From IMG/VR virus record IMGVR_UViG_3300031722_000014: DNA of 34,038 bases; one strand, given 5' to 3'. The notes under the pieces were generated by a model, which saw only the letters and a list, made by a program, of their open reading frames with translations, was not told the DNA's origin and searched no databases. The position numbers were made by a program, and so were the translations under genes. Below are positions 10,308 through 18,325 of the stretch, one piece after another (the stretch's first letter is position 1; each line of letters starts with the position of its first letter). The stretch is from an uncultured virus (IMG/VR IMGVR_UViG_3300031722_000014) (lineage: Duplodnaviria > Heunggongvirae > Uroviricota > Caudoviricetes).

Positions 10308-10763
10308 TTAATCTACTTTTAATTGGCTTAATAATTTAATTAACTCGGATTTATTCTTAATTACTCCTCTATAAACAAAAGTATCGTCCTTTTTTATCAG
10401 TACCATTGAATACTCGTTGTCATTTGCCCTCCAATTAATATATTGAAGTTTTATATCAAAGAATCCTTTTTTAGTAAATACATAGTCAAAGTGCCAGCTA
10501 TTTAATTCATCTGAATATGATTCTCCATTTCCAGTGAATTTAAATCCAAGACTTTCTATATCTTCTTTATCTAAGTATTTAACTCTAATTGTACTTAGAT
10601 TGGAGTATCTATAAATCTTCCATGAAGACTCAGTTAACTCAAATACCATTTTCTTCCATTCGGATGTACTTCGGGCTAAGAGTCCTGGCTCCTGTTGTTC
10701 ATATTCAAATCCTACATAGAACTCAGATATGTCTGGCTCATAATATTTATTGTCCATTTCCAA
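10308..10763 (-). CDS. Hypothetical phage protein (KEDIESL motif)
   Basis: 151 aa; YYEPDISEFYVGFEYE N-terminus and KYLDKEDIESLGF. Confidence 0.75.
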   Translation of the reverse strand: MEMDNKYYEPDISEFYVGFEYEQQEPGLLARSTSEWKKMVFELTESSWKIYRYSNLSTIRVKYLDKEDIESLGFKFTGNGESYSDELNSWHFDYVFTKKGFFDIKLQYINWRANDNEYSMVLIKKDDTFVYRGVIKNKSELIKLLSQLKVD

Positions 10764-11082
10764 ATATTGTTTTTGCTGAATATACTATTACTGGAACTCC
10801 TTTTAAGTCAATTGACTCATTGGAATCCTTTGCAAATATTATATATCTTAATAACTGCAATGCTGCAATATCATATATCTTAGACTCGTCTTCACATGTT
10901 AATCTTATTATCATTGACAATTTAGTATCAGTCTTTCTTTTGAAGTATATCTGAATTACTTTAACTCCATTAAAATCCCCAAAGTCATATGAGAATATAA
11001 CATCATTTTCAGTTCTTCTCATTACCCTATCAGATCCTATTTTATTAAGAAGTAATATTAATGTGTCTAGTTTATTTTCCAT
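10747..11082 (-). CDS. Hypothetical protein
   Basis: 111 aa with a short overlap onto the downstream gene. Confidence 0.65.
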   Translation of the reverse strand: MENKLDTLILLLNKIGSDRVMRRTENDVIFSYDFGDFNGVKVIQIYFKRKTDTKLSMIIRLTCEDESKIYDIAALQLLRYIIFAKDSNESIDLKGVPVIVYSAKTIFGNGQ

Positions 11083-11088
11083 AATTCT

Positions 11089-11118
11089 CCATTATTAATT
11101 GTCCATTATTAATTGTCC
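11089..11118. repeat. 14-bp tandem duplication (CCATTATTAATTGT)x2
   Basis: ccattattaattgt-ccattattaattgt-cc read directly. Confidence 0.8.
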
Positions 11119-11250
11119 GGCTTTTCTTTGTGCTTGTAAGTCGTCTAGGAATTCAATCAGCATATCCATTGTTATTTTATTATATTCTATTAGAGTCGCT
11201 TGACTTAATTGATTGTATAATCCAGGTCTTAATTTGTATTTTCTATTCAT
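11095..11250 (-). CDS. Small hypothetical protein (51 aa, not in the ORF track)
   Basis: MNRKYKLRPGLYNQLSQATLIEYNKITMDMLIEFLDDLQAQRKAGQLIMDN*; fills the gap in the operon. Confidence 0.55.
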   Translation of the reverse strand: MNRKYKLRPGLYNQLSQATLIEYNKITMDMLIEFLDDLQAQRKAGQLIMDN

Positions 11251-11455
11251 AATAGTATATATTTTCTGCATTGCAATGCGGAGACAACAGTGTCATAATT
11301 TGCTCGTAATGCTTATTGGTCTTTACAGATAGAGGAATAAATATTTTTTCAAATGTATATCTTCCTAGACTAAATAATCTTTGATTAGTAAAATCCTTAT
11401 CATCTAGTATTAAAGTCTTGTGCGAATGACCGTAGTCCTCCGTTAATATATCCAT
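11243..11455 (-). CDS. Hypothetical protein
   Basis: 70 aa ORF in operon. Confidence 0.55.
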   Translation of the reverse strand: MDILTEDYGHSHKTLILDDKDFTNQRLFSLGRYTFEKIFIPLSVKTNKHYEQIMTLLSPHCNAENIYYYE

Positions 11456-11600
11456 CTAATTCTTTTTTAAATTCTTTATCTATATACCAAGATATATCCC
11501 CGGTCGGAGAATCTTCTATCAATTTTTGTCTGATCACTTCAGTCCAGTATTTAATAGACAAATCATACATTCCTTTTGTCCATTCTTTAGCCCTAACCAT
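11400..11600 (-). CDS. Hypothetical protein
   Basis: 66 aa; start overlaps the upstream stop (TAATG). Confidence 0.55.
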   Translation of the reverse strand: MVRAKEWTKGMYDLSIKYWTEVIRQKLIEDSPTGDISWYIDKEFKKELDGYINGGLRSFAQDFNTR

Positions 11601-12136
11601 TATCTTGCCTTTGGTATTTCAAAATGACCTATCTCAGATCCACCCTGTACTCTACTAGATTGCATATCCTCTGTTTTAACCTGCTTGGCTAATGAGTCTA
11701 ATGACTTAACTACTTTGTCTAATGATCCCATTGCAGACATTGCCTCTTTAACAGTCTTCATATCCATTGCTCCAATTGCTAGGTCTTTTAAGTATAAACT
11801 AATCATGTATACTGCATGTCTAGACGAATCTAGCAACTGCACTAATAATGTATTAGAGAATTCTAAGAATGTAGACTCGGCGTATAGAACGTCCTCTGTT
11901 GGAATCCAATCTTTCTTAAATAGCTCCTTTCTCAATTTAGTATCCCTATATTCTATATCACCGATATTTTCTACATAGGGACTACTATAATGATGTTTAA
12001 GAACTATGTATGATATTAGATTGGTTGCATAGTCTTTGTCCTTATAGTTATTCCATATTTCTTTAAAACATGGTATCCCTAACATATATGGATGTATAAC
12101 TACTTTTCCTCCTTGTATATCAAATAAATTGCTCAT
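11600..12136 (-). CDS. Crassvirus-type helical hypothetical protein (weak small-terminase candidate)
   Basis: 178 aa, helical/coiled C-terminal half ending RVQGGSEIG. Function suggested only by size and position. Confidence 0.6.
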   Translation of the reverse strand: MSNLFDIQGGKVVIHPYMLGIPCFKEIWNNYKDKDYATNLISYIVLKHHYSSPYVENIGDIEYRDTKLRKELFKKDWIPTEDVLYAESTFLEFSNTLLVQLLDSSRHAVYMISLYLKDLAIGAMDMKTVKEAMSAMGSLDKVVKSLDSLAKQVKTEDMQSSRVQGGSEIGHFEIPKAR

Positions 12137-12245
12137 TTCTTATTAATTGCTATTAGCATATTATATTCAAAATCAGTCGTATATCCGTTTTGAGTTATAT
12201 CTGCAATAAGTATGTGTATTCTCGGCTGTTCGATTATCATGCTCA

Positions 12246-12674
12246 TTATGCTTCTGCTGTTTCAGTTACTTCTTCTACTAGAGGTTCAATCGTCTCTATT
12301 TCTTCATTAAATTCTACAGCAGTTATATCCGTTATAGCAAGGCTACATATTACATCTCCTGGTTCAAATATTGCAGGAATTGAATCTGTATTAGTTTTCA
12401 TTTCGATTACTAATTCATCATATGTTCCTGGATTAATAGTCTTTAGACCTCCAGCAAACTCTACTGAGTACATTGACGCATCAACTCTCGGGATGATCAT
12501 TCCAATCTTATCAAGTGGCATCTCAATCTTTAATCCAGTTCTATATACTAATATTAATCTTCCGTCTCTACCAACTCTCGTGTTGATATCAATACAAGTA
12601 ATATTGTATAATGATCCGTTTAATTGAGGAATTCCAGCTTTTTCACTAGTTCTTTTTACATTTATCTTATACAT
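12246..12674 (-). CDS. dUTPase-fold protein, probably catalytically inactive
   Basis: VYRTGLKIEMP..IGMIIPR and FEPGDVICSL follow the trimeric dUTPase layout. Motifs 1-3 are degenerate and motif 5 (RGxxGFGS) is absent. Confidence 0.65.
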   Translation of the reverse strand: MYKINVKRTSEKAGIPQLNGSLYNITCIDINTRVGRDGRLILVYRTGLKIEMPLDKIGMIIPRVDASMYSVEFAGGLKTINPGTYDELVIEMKTNTDSIPAIFEPGDVICSLAITDITAVEFNEEIETIEPLVEEVTETAEA

Positions 12675-12718
12675 ATTAACATCCGCCTTTTTTGGTTGGT
12701 TTCTTTGGTGCTGTTTTC

Positions 12719-12901
12719 TTAACCATTGTGTTCTAATTTAAATTTAAACATTTTATAAGTAGTGCATGATGCACCTTCGTTAACGCACTTAAATGCTTTG
12801 CGTTCTTCTTTCTTGCAGTTATTAAAACATACTGATTTTCTGAATGCATCTAATGCGTATTCTATTGTAACTTTTTGTGGTTGTGGTTTTTGATTAGCCA
12901 T
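12719..12901 (-). CDS. Small Cys-rich protein
   Basis: 60 aa with CFNNC...C...C. Confidence 0.6.
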   Translation of the reverse strand: MANQKPQPQKVTIEYALDAFRKSVCFNNCKKEERKAFKCVNEGASCTTYKMFKFKLEHNG

Positions 12902-12907
12902 TATTGA

Positions 12908-13216
12908 TTATTTTTTAGTCTTCATGTATTGATGCAACATATTAGCAAATCCCTCTACAAATTCCTCATCATTAGAAAGCTCATGCTTTCCCATATAATC
13001 TAATATTCCATGAGTGAGTTCATGAAAGAACGAGGTCTCCATATAGTCCCTAGAACATACATATCCATTGTACTCATTTGCTAAATATATCTTTCCCTCT
13101 GGAAATATAAACTTACCAACTTCCTTACCCATCTTACCATCTGTGATCTCTGTCGTAATGGTAGATCCTCCTAGCATAAAGCTATTCGGGATTAGATTCT
13201 CTTTTAATTCTTTCAT
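12908..13216 (-). CDS. Small HExxH zincin-like metallopeptidase-fold protein
   Basis: FFHELTHGIL followed by NDEEFVEGFA, which supplies the likely third ligand. Confidence 0.7.
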   Translation of the reverse strand: MKELKENLIPNSFMLGGSTITTEITDGKMGKEVGKFIFPEGKIYLANEYNGYVCSRDYMETSFFHELTHGILDYMGKHELSNDEEFVEGFANMLHQYMKTKK

Positions 13217-13436
13217 CTCTTATTTTGTAGTAATCTTTTTTATGTTCATTCCTATATCGTCTCTTTAGTCTTATTTTAAATAAGTAAGCAAACATCATTC
13301 CTTTGTCGTCATCAGGGTCTGCTATTCTCCTATTTGCAAATATAAATGGATGGTTACATATCTGTGTTATAACTTGCTTCGGTATACAATACTTTAAAGA
13401 CAGTTCATTATAAATATCTCTTTTTTGTCGTAACAT
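13182..13436 (-). CDS. IHF/HU-like DNA-binding protein (crAss type)
   Basis: 84 aa basic protein; IYNELSLKYCIPKQVITQI two-helix start followed by a beta segment. Confidence 0.5.
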   Translation of the reverse strand: MLRQKRDIYNELSLKYCIPKQVITQICNHPFIFANRRIADPDDDKGMMFAYLFKIRLKRRYRNEHKKDYYKIRDERIKRESNPE

Positions 13437-13626
13437 AAATAGTATATGTTGGTCTCGGTCTACTATATGTAATTATATATGTAGTTCTTCTTCTTTCTGG
13501 CCTAGTAAAAATATAATTATTTTTAAATCCATAATCAAATTTGGTATAAGACGAATTATCTTTTTCCGCAAATAGATTAAAAATTCTACTAAACAAGCCA
13601 GGTCTTTTATTATATCTATTGCTCAT
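13408..13626 (-). CDS. Small basic hypothetical protein
   Basis: 72 aa, R/K/Y-rich, overlapping both neighbours slightly. Confidence 0.45.
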   Translation of the reverse strand: MSNRYNKRPGLFSRIFNLFAEKDNSSYTKFDYGFKNNYIFTRPERRRTTYIITYSRPRPTYTIYVTTKKRYL

Positions 13627-13993
13627 CTTCTTTCGCTTTTAAAATCATTGTTATTTGAATAGTTTTTCCTCCAATTAGGATAGGCACTAATGCCTTGTTA
13701 ATAACATAAAAGTTATCTTGATCCTTTACAAATATTCCCTTTGCTTTGTATTTCTTAATATACCTACTTAGATTATCTTTAGTAACTCCAGTTTGGAGCA
13801 TAACAGATTTTCTATTCTCAGCACAATCAATATTCTGTCTAGATCGTTTTGTTTTAATTGGATTTAAGTAGAGATCAAATAGCAAGGATAGTAAATATAC
13901 TTCCCTGCCAGTTAACTCCAATAAACCATTCATGCTATGTAGAAATTCATAATTCAACTTATTTACCGATACGGTTTTTATAAGTTTATTCAT
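13616..13993 (-). CDS. Winged-helix DNA-binding protein (RepL-like)
   Basis: LTGREVYLL...TGVTKDNLSRYIKKYKAKGIF HTH followed by a wing (FYVIN). Confidence 0.6.
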   Translation of the reverse strand: MNKLIKTVSVNKLNYEFLHSMNGLLELTGREVYLLSLLFDLYLNPIKTKRSRQNIDCAENRKSVMLQTGVTKDNLSRYIKKYKAKGIFVKDQDNFYVINKALVPILIGGKTIQITMILKAKEDEQ

Positions 13994-14546
13994 TTCTCAG
14001 TTTCTTCAGTAAATCTATTAAATTATAATATACTGTCATTGCTTCATCTGCCCATTCGATTACTTCTCCTGAGTAAAATTCATCATCAAGTACTTTTTCT
14101 TTAAGATCGCTCAGTTTAGTTTCGTATTCATCAATCTTCTCGCCGATACGTCTATCAATTTTAGAAACATATTCTTCTAATGTGGCACAGTATCTTTCTT
14201 CTGATTCTAAAGCTCTTTCGCATTCTTCTAATCGTTTTGCAGTCTCCTGATTGGACTGAAGTAATTCTTCATAGTTCATGTATGCTGATTCTAATTTATC
14301 TTCAAGTTCTTCTACTTTAGCTTTCTTAGACACTGCTTTCTTTTCCTCGAACCATTCAGTTGCTGTAAAGTTTTCTTTAGTAATTAAATTAGGAGATAGC
14401 GATACTGATCTTGATAGATTATAATCTTCACCAATATGTTCTGTTGAGAATGAGAAATTATCTAAATCATTTTCTCTTGTTAACACGTCTCCAATTGTTA
14501 ATCCGTAAATCGGATCTAATACTTCTACTGTTTTAATATTATTCAT
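13986..14546 (-). CDS. Acidic coiled-coil hypothetical protein
   Basis: 186 aa with an E/K-rich heptad region. Confidence 0.75.
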   Translation of the reverse strand: MNNIKTVEVLDPIYGLTIGDVLTRENDLDNFSFSTEHIGEDYNLSRSVSLSPNLITKENFTATEWFEEKKAVSKKAKVEELEDKLESAYMNYEELLQSNQETAKRLEECERALESEERYCATLEEYVSKIDRRIGEKIDEYETKLSDLKEKVLDDEFYSGEVIEWADEAMTVYYNLIDLLKKLRNE

Positions 14547-14550
14547 TATC

Positions 14551-14793
14551 TTATTTTAAATCAGGTAATTTTTTATTTATGTTCTTTTGCCACTCAATCA
14601 TTTCTTGAGCGCCATCTTCAACTATTCTAGCCATTTCTGGATTGCCTCCTTGAAGTCTTAACTCTGCCGCCCACCTAAGTAATAAAGATGGAGCCAATTT
14701 ATCTTGTCCTCTCAATAAGAATACTGGTTCATTCTCTGGTATTAATCCAGCCGGGTCCTGTATCCTATTATAGTCTTCTCTAAAGTGTTTCAT
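14551..14793 (-). CDS. Phage hypothetical protein (EPVFLLRGQD motif)
   Basis: 80 aa; IPENEPVFLLRGQDKLAP. Confidence 0.7.
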   Translation of the reverse strand: MKHFREDYNRIQDPAGLIPENEPVFLLRGQDKLAPSLLLRWAAELRLQGGNPEMARIVEDGAQEMIEWQKNINKKLPDLK

Positions 14794-15061
14794 TAGTATT
14801 CGGTTTTAGTTTATTTAATAAATCCATTAATTCCTCTTTTGTATCTAAATATATCATAAGTCCTGATGAATTTCCCATATTATAAAGTCCGCCAATGTGT
14901 GTAAAATACTCAATCCTTTTTTTTATTGGATTGTATTGTATCTTCCATTCGTCCTGACCATTCCAATATATAAAGTTTAATTTGCTTGGCTCTTGTTGGT
15001 CAACATATTGTCTCCCATCAGATGCCAATAGATTTAATGATTCAATATCTTCTTTATTCAT
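14780..15061 (-). CDS. Hypothetical protein (KEDIESL motif)
   Basis: 93 aa; first gene after promoter candidate 2. Confidence 0.65.
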   Translation of the reverse strand: MNKEDIESLNLLASDGRQYVDQQEPSKLNFIYWNGQDEWKIQYNPIKKRIEYFTHIGGLYNMGNSSGLMIYLDTKEELMDLLNKLKPNTNETL

Positions 15062-15087
15062 TTATAGTGTTATTATGGATAACTATA

Positions 15088-15118
15088 TATATAAACGTAT
15101 TTAAATGAAAAAGGTTGT
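15088..15118 (-). promoter_or_regulatory. ECF-type late promoter candidate 2
   Basis: Minus strand CAAC-ctttttcatttaaata(16 nt)-CGTTTATAT, just after a terminator. Confidence 0.7.
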
Positions 15119-15146
15119 AGTCAAATGATATTATTTTAATAATAAT

Positions 15147-15183
15147 AAAAAGAAAGGCCGATACAATTAAGTACCGACCTTTC
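15147..15183 (-). terminator. Intrinsic terminator after the RNase H gene
   Basis: Minus strand GAAAGGTCGGTAC-ttaatt-GTATCGGCCTTTC followed by a T run. Confidence 0.8.
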
Positions 15184-15204
15184 ATAATCACAACTAAATA
15201 ATTT

Positions 15205-15678
15205 TTAAAAAGACATTATAACTTGTTTGCCATAATTATTGTCTTTGGCAATAGTAGCAAACTTATCTACTAATTCATTACCTGGAACACCGGAATGTCC
15301 CTTCACCCATTGTATCTCCGGATTCAATAATTTTAAAAGTTTATATACTTGTATCCACAAATCTACATTCTTGATCTTTATATTATTCCATCCTTTCTTG
15401 ACCCACTTATCGAGCCACTTACAGTTGATTGAATTCTCTATGTATTTGGAATCAGTGTAAACTAATATTTTAGTACTTGGATAAAGCTTAATCTCCTCTG
15501 CTACATATCCTAGACCTGCTATCAGTCCCAGTAATTCCATCCTATTGTTTGTAGTATGCTTCTCTGATCCAGATATAACCACACTCTCTTCTCCATTTAC
15601 TACAACAGAGGCGAATCCTCCTGGTCCTGGATTGCCAGAGCAAGCTCCGTCGCACCATATAACTATTTGATCAGTCAT
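15205..15678 (-). CDS. rnhA: Ribonuclease HI
   Basis: CDGACSGNPGPGG, TTNNRMEL, YTDSKY, KNVDLW and WVKGHSGVPGNELVD motifs. Confidence 0.96.
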   Translation of the reverse strand: MTDQIVIWCDGACSGNPGPGGFASVVVNGEESVVISGSEKHTTNNRMELLGLIAGLGYVAEEIKLYPSTKILVYTDSKYIENSINCKWLDKWVKKGWNNIKIKNVDLWIQVYKLLKLLNPEIQWVKGHSGVPGNELVDKFATIAKDNNYGKQVIMSF

Positions 15679-16094
15679 TATTTCACTATAGCAATAATGT
15701 CATAAGGTTTTACCAATACACTATCCTTGAATAAATCAAAATCAATTGAATACTTATTCGGATAGGCAATTGTATCACCCAGTACGACACTTCCTTCATA
15801 ATTAACTGGAAGGGCTAGCACGATGCCTGTTCTAAAAGAAGAGTCTATCTCTACTTCCTGTACTTGCATTGCCATTATTTTATCTCCAGTTTCCTCATCG
15901 ACTTCTTCAGTCTCCATAGGCACATTGACTTGTGTCTTAATTTTTATAACCTCTAGTGGTTTTACTAATGCATCTTTCTGCATTTCATATCCTAATCCAT
16001 CTGCTACTACCTTAAGCAAGGTCTTATTGTCCATGTTTTCAACGCTGATCGTTTGCTCTTGAACTTTTGTAGCATCCATTTTATTACTTGTCAT
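15678..16094 (-). CDS. GroES-like co-chaperonin
   Basis: ALVKP start, long mobile loop, TGIVLA, LGDTI and C-terminal LVKPYDIIAIV follow the GroES pattern. Confidence 0.65.
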   Translation of the reverse strand: MTSNKMDATKVQEQTISVENMDNKTLLKVVADGLGYEMQKDALVKPLEVIKIKTQVNVPMETEEVDEETGDKIMAMQVQEVEIDSSFRTGIVLALPVNYEGSVVLGDTIAYPNKYSIDFDLFKDSVLVKPYDIIAIVK

Positions 16095-16422
16095 CTTCTT
16101 TTACTTCTATTTTTAATAAACTATCTAGCACATCTTTATAATCATGAATAGGGTGTGCTCCTATTATTCTGGTCTTTAAACTTCCATCATTAAAGAACAA
16201 TACTGTAGGTATGTTTCTTACATTCTGTTCTGTGGCTAATCTTGTATTCTTATCAACTTCTATAGAGACTATATCTATATCGTTGCCATATTCCTGAGTA
16301 AGATCAATAATGGCTGGTTCTAATTCAACACAAGGCCCACACCAAGTGGCATGACAGAATACCATTACTGGCTTCCCTGTTTCAATTAGTTTGTATGCTT
16401 CTGAGTCGTTGATACCTTCCAT
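16084..16422 (-). CDS. trxA: Thioredoxin
   Basis: WCGPC active site; VRNIPTVLFF cis-Pro loop. Confidence 0.93.
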   Translation of the reverse strand: MEGINDSEAYKLIETGKPVMVFCHATWCGPCVELEPAIIDLTQEYGNDIDIVSIEVDKNTRLATEQNVRNIPTVLFFNDGSLKTRIIGAHPIHDYKDVLDSLLKIEVKEDDK

Positions 16423-16538
16423 TTATATTCTCCTTCTTTACTATCTATAAACAATTCTGGATCTATTCTATATTCAGGTCCTAACAATCCAAATGCCCAC
16501 TTAATGATAAAAGGTAATTCTTCTTTGTTCTTCTCCAT
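16386..16538 (-). CDS. Small hypothetical protein (50 aa, probably near-leaderless)
   Basis: MEKNKEELPFIIKWAFGLLGPEYRIDPELFIDSKEGEYKWKVSTTQKHTN*; ATG about 10 bp below promoter candidate 3. Confidence 0.5.
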   Translation of the reverse strand: MEKNKEELPFIIKWAFGLLGPEYRIDPELFIDSKEGEYKWKVSTTQKHTN

Positions 16539-16542
16539 ACTA

Positions 16543-16572
16543 ATATAAACGTATTCTGGGCTTATTTGTTCT
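16543..16572 (-). promoter_or_regulatory. ECF-type late promoter candidate 3
   Basis: Minus strand GAAC-aaataagcccagaata(16 nt)-CGTTTATAT. Confidence 0.7.
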
Positions 16573-16604
16573 ACTATATCTTATATTTAATTAACAATTA
16601 AACA

Positions 16605-16879
16605 TAATTTACCCCTTGAGACCGGGTCCATATTCCAGTTGGCTTTCAATTTAGTTCCATATTCAATCCGTACGTCAGCTTTCGCCTACACCCATCAGCT
16701 TATCTCAATCTCCCCTTATTAGATACACATCCTTTCGAATAGTAACCTGCTGCATTCAATATGTACTTAAAATCTTTGATACTACCGGAGAAAACTCATT
16801 ACTTAAGTAACTACAATCCGATGTCTAACCCCTTATTGATTATCCTAGGGTGAATCAGCCTTTGGAGACTGGTATCACC
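16605..16879 (-). ncRNA. Candidate ~270-nt structured late ncRNA
   Basis: ORF-free and richer in GC than its flanks. Starts right below promoter 4 with hairpin GGTGA-tac-CAGTCT-ccaa-AGGCTG-at-TCACC; further stems and a GC-GAAA-GC loop follow. Confidence 0.55.
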
Positions 16880-16909
16880 TATATAACGTATTTAATTCAA
16901 AAAGGTTGC
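16880..16909 (-). promoter_or_regulatory. ECF-type late promoter candidate 4
   Basis: Minus strand CAAC-ctttttgaattaaata(16 nt)-CGTTATAT; nearly identical to candidate 2. Confidence 0.7.
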
Positions 16910-16957
16910 AATGAAAATGAATTATTTTGCAAATTTTTTTAAAAAATAAATTTCGAA

Positions 16958-17031
16958 GGGCATATAAGCACGCGAGAACCTAAAAAAATTAGTAGAAAAT
17001 TTATTTTGGAGTGCATATGGGCAAGCGTGAA
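16958..17031. repeat. Imperfect 21-bp direct repeat at the strand switch
   Basis: gggcatataagcacgcgagaa (16958-16978) versus gtgcatatgggcaagcgtgaa (17011-17031), 16/21 identical, each preceded by A/T tracts. Confidence 0.5.
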
Positions 17032-17092
17032 TGTCTCTCCCAGGCACTCCCCGGGGGTTCCGACCGAAGGCAAGTCCCCCGCCATTGCTCCT

Positions 17093-17140
17093 CTATAGCT
17101 CCCAATCAGTCCTCCTTCAGTTGGATATGCGCAGCAATCA
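17093..17140 (+). promoter_or_regulatory. Early promoter-like repeat, copy 1
   Basis: ctatagctcccaatcagtcctccttcagttggatatgcg aligns without gaps to the copies at 17412 and 18326. Confidence 0.65.
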
Positions 17141-17226
17141 GTTCATTCTCATTTGTTATTTGATTGCTCTAATCACATTACATTGAATGTAATATAATAC
17201 ATTGTCACCTTTAATATACTATATAT

Positions 17227-17379
17227 ATGGAACACATTATTGTATTAATCATTGTTATTATAGCATGTGCTATAGTAATTGCAATCCATGCGTATAACAT
17301 ACATAAGCCACATGTTGACACTATCATTGACCATGATAGTGAATATCAACAGGACATTGAACTTGAGTATGCACATTGA
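17227..17379 (+). CDS. Small membrane protein (50 aa, not in the ORF track)
   Basis: MEHIIVLIIVIIACAIVIAIHAYNIHKPHVDTIIDHDSEYQQDIELEYAH*; AT-rich leader; follows repeat copy 1. Confidence 0.6.
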   Translation: MEHIIVLIIVIIACAIVIAIHAYNIHKPHVDTIIDHDSEYQQDIELEYAH

Positions 17380-17411
17380 TTGCACTATGTTGACAGATAA
17401 CTACTGTCCCG

Positions 17412-17459
17412 CTATAGTTCCCATTCAATGCACCTTCAGATGAAATTGCGGAGTAATAG
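17412..17459 (+). promoter_or_regulatory. Early promoter-like repeat, copy 2
   Basis: ctatagttcccattcaatgcaccttcagatgaaattgcgg. Confidence 0.65.
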
Positions 17460-17583
17460 AGGCTGACAATGTTGCCGTCCTCTTATCTATCCAATCAAGC
17501 AGGAGCTGTACTGCACATATATCGCAGACCGTCACAATAGCTTAGTGAAAGGCGGTTTGTTTTACCTTCTAACAATCAATGTT

Positions 17584-17898
17584 ATGAAAAAGAATGGCTT
17601 ATTATGGGTAGTATTCATTATTACAATGTTTATGCTATCAGCAGTTGCTCTAAGCAGTTGCACCTATCCAAGTGAAAGACGGGCTAATGTCATTATTCAG
17701 CCCAGGGTGATGAAGCTATTTGTTGCTACAGTAGCTACTGTTGACTCTATTGGTATTAAGTCAGAAACTACATTCTATTGCAAAGCCTTTGATAGGTATG
17801 ATGCAGATAGAGTGTTCAATGACTCAATAACATTGGTTAAGCAGAATTTATACGATACATACACTATTCGCGAGATAGCGCTAATTAACAATCGGTGA
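17584..17898 (+). CDS. Putative lipoprotein
   Basis: Start MKKNGLLW at 17584; hydrophobic signal ending in the lipobox LSS-C. Confidence 0.7.
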   Translation: MKKNGLLWVVFIITMFMLSAVALSSCTYPSERRANVIIQPRVMKLFVATVATVDSIGIKSETTFYCKAFDRYDADRVFNDSITLVKQNLYDTYTIREIALINNR

Positions 17899-18209
17899 CT
17901 GATAATTCAGAGCAACCGGACTGTAAATCCGCTCTAAGCTCACGAATAAATAAGGGACAGCCAATGTGCTGTTCCTTAACAAAGAAGCACAGTACAGCAC
18001 TAACTGACAATAAAGTGGCAAATAAAGTGATTGACGAATCACCGTTATGCAAGAGAACGAGTAATGATTGCATAATGTTACAGGCTGTTAAAGTACAAGG
18101 CAGCAGCTCGATGACCGACAGAGCAGAGGTCAGTGGAAGGACAATTTGGTGCCAAATCACCGAAATGCTCACAATTATAAACAATCGAAACACCAAAGGC
18201 GTATTATGA
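17895..18209 (+). CDS. Doubtful hypothetical protein
   Basis: 104 aa with GTG start overlapping the upstream stop; atypical composition. Confidence 0.3.
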   Translation: MTDNSEQPDCKSALSSRINKGQPMCCSLTKKHSTALTDNKVANKVIDESPLCKRTSNDCIMLQAVKVQGSSSMTDRAEVSGRTIWCQITEMLTIINNRNTKGVL

Positions 18210-18325
18210 GAGTTCCAATGGAATGACGTAATGTTGAGAGATTGGCGCCGGAATCAAAGAGCAAAGGCAACGAACAGAATGACCCAAAATCGGTCCGAGT
18301 TCATTGCGCTCTAACTTTTTTTCCC

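Noticed and set aside
12170..12200. Additional AAC...CG promoter-like sites near 12180 and 3180
   Set aside because: Spacing is 12-14 nt and the -10 reads CGA, so they do not fit the AAC-N16-CGTT pattern.
1552..16062. Plus-strand ORFs in the late module (e.g. 2682-3149, 12190-12627)
   Set aside because: They are antisense to well-supported genes, with Ser/Leu-rich shadow composition.
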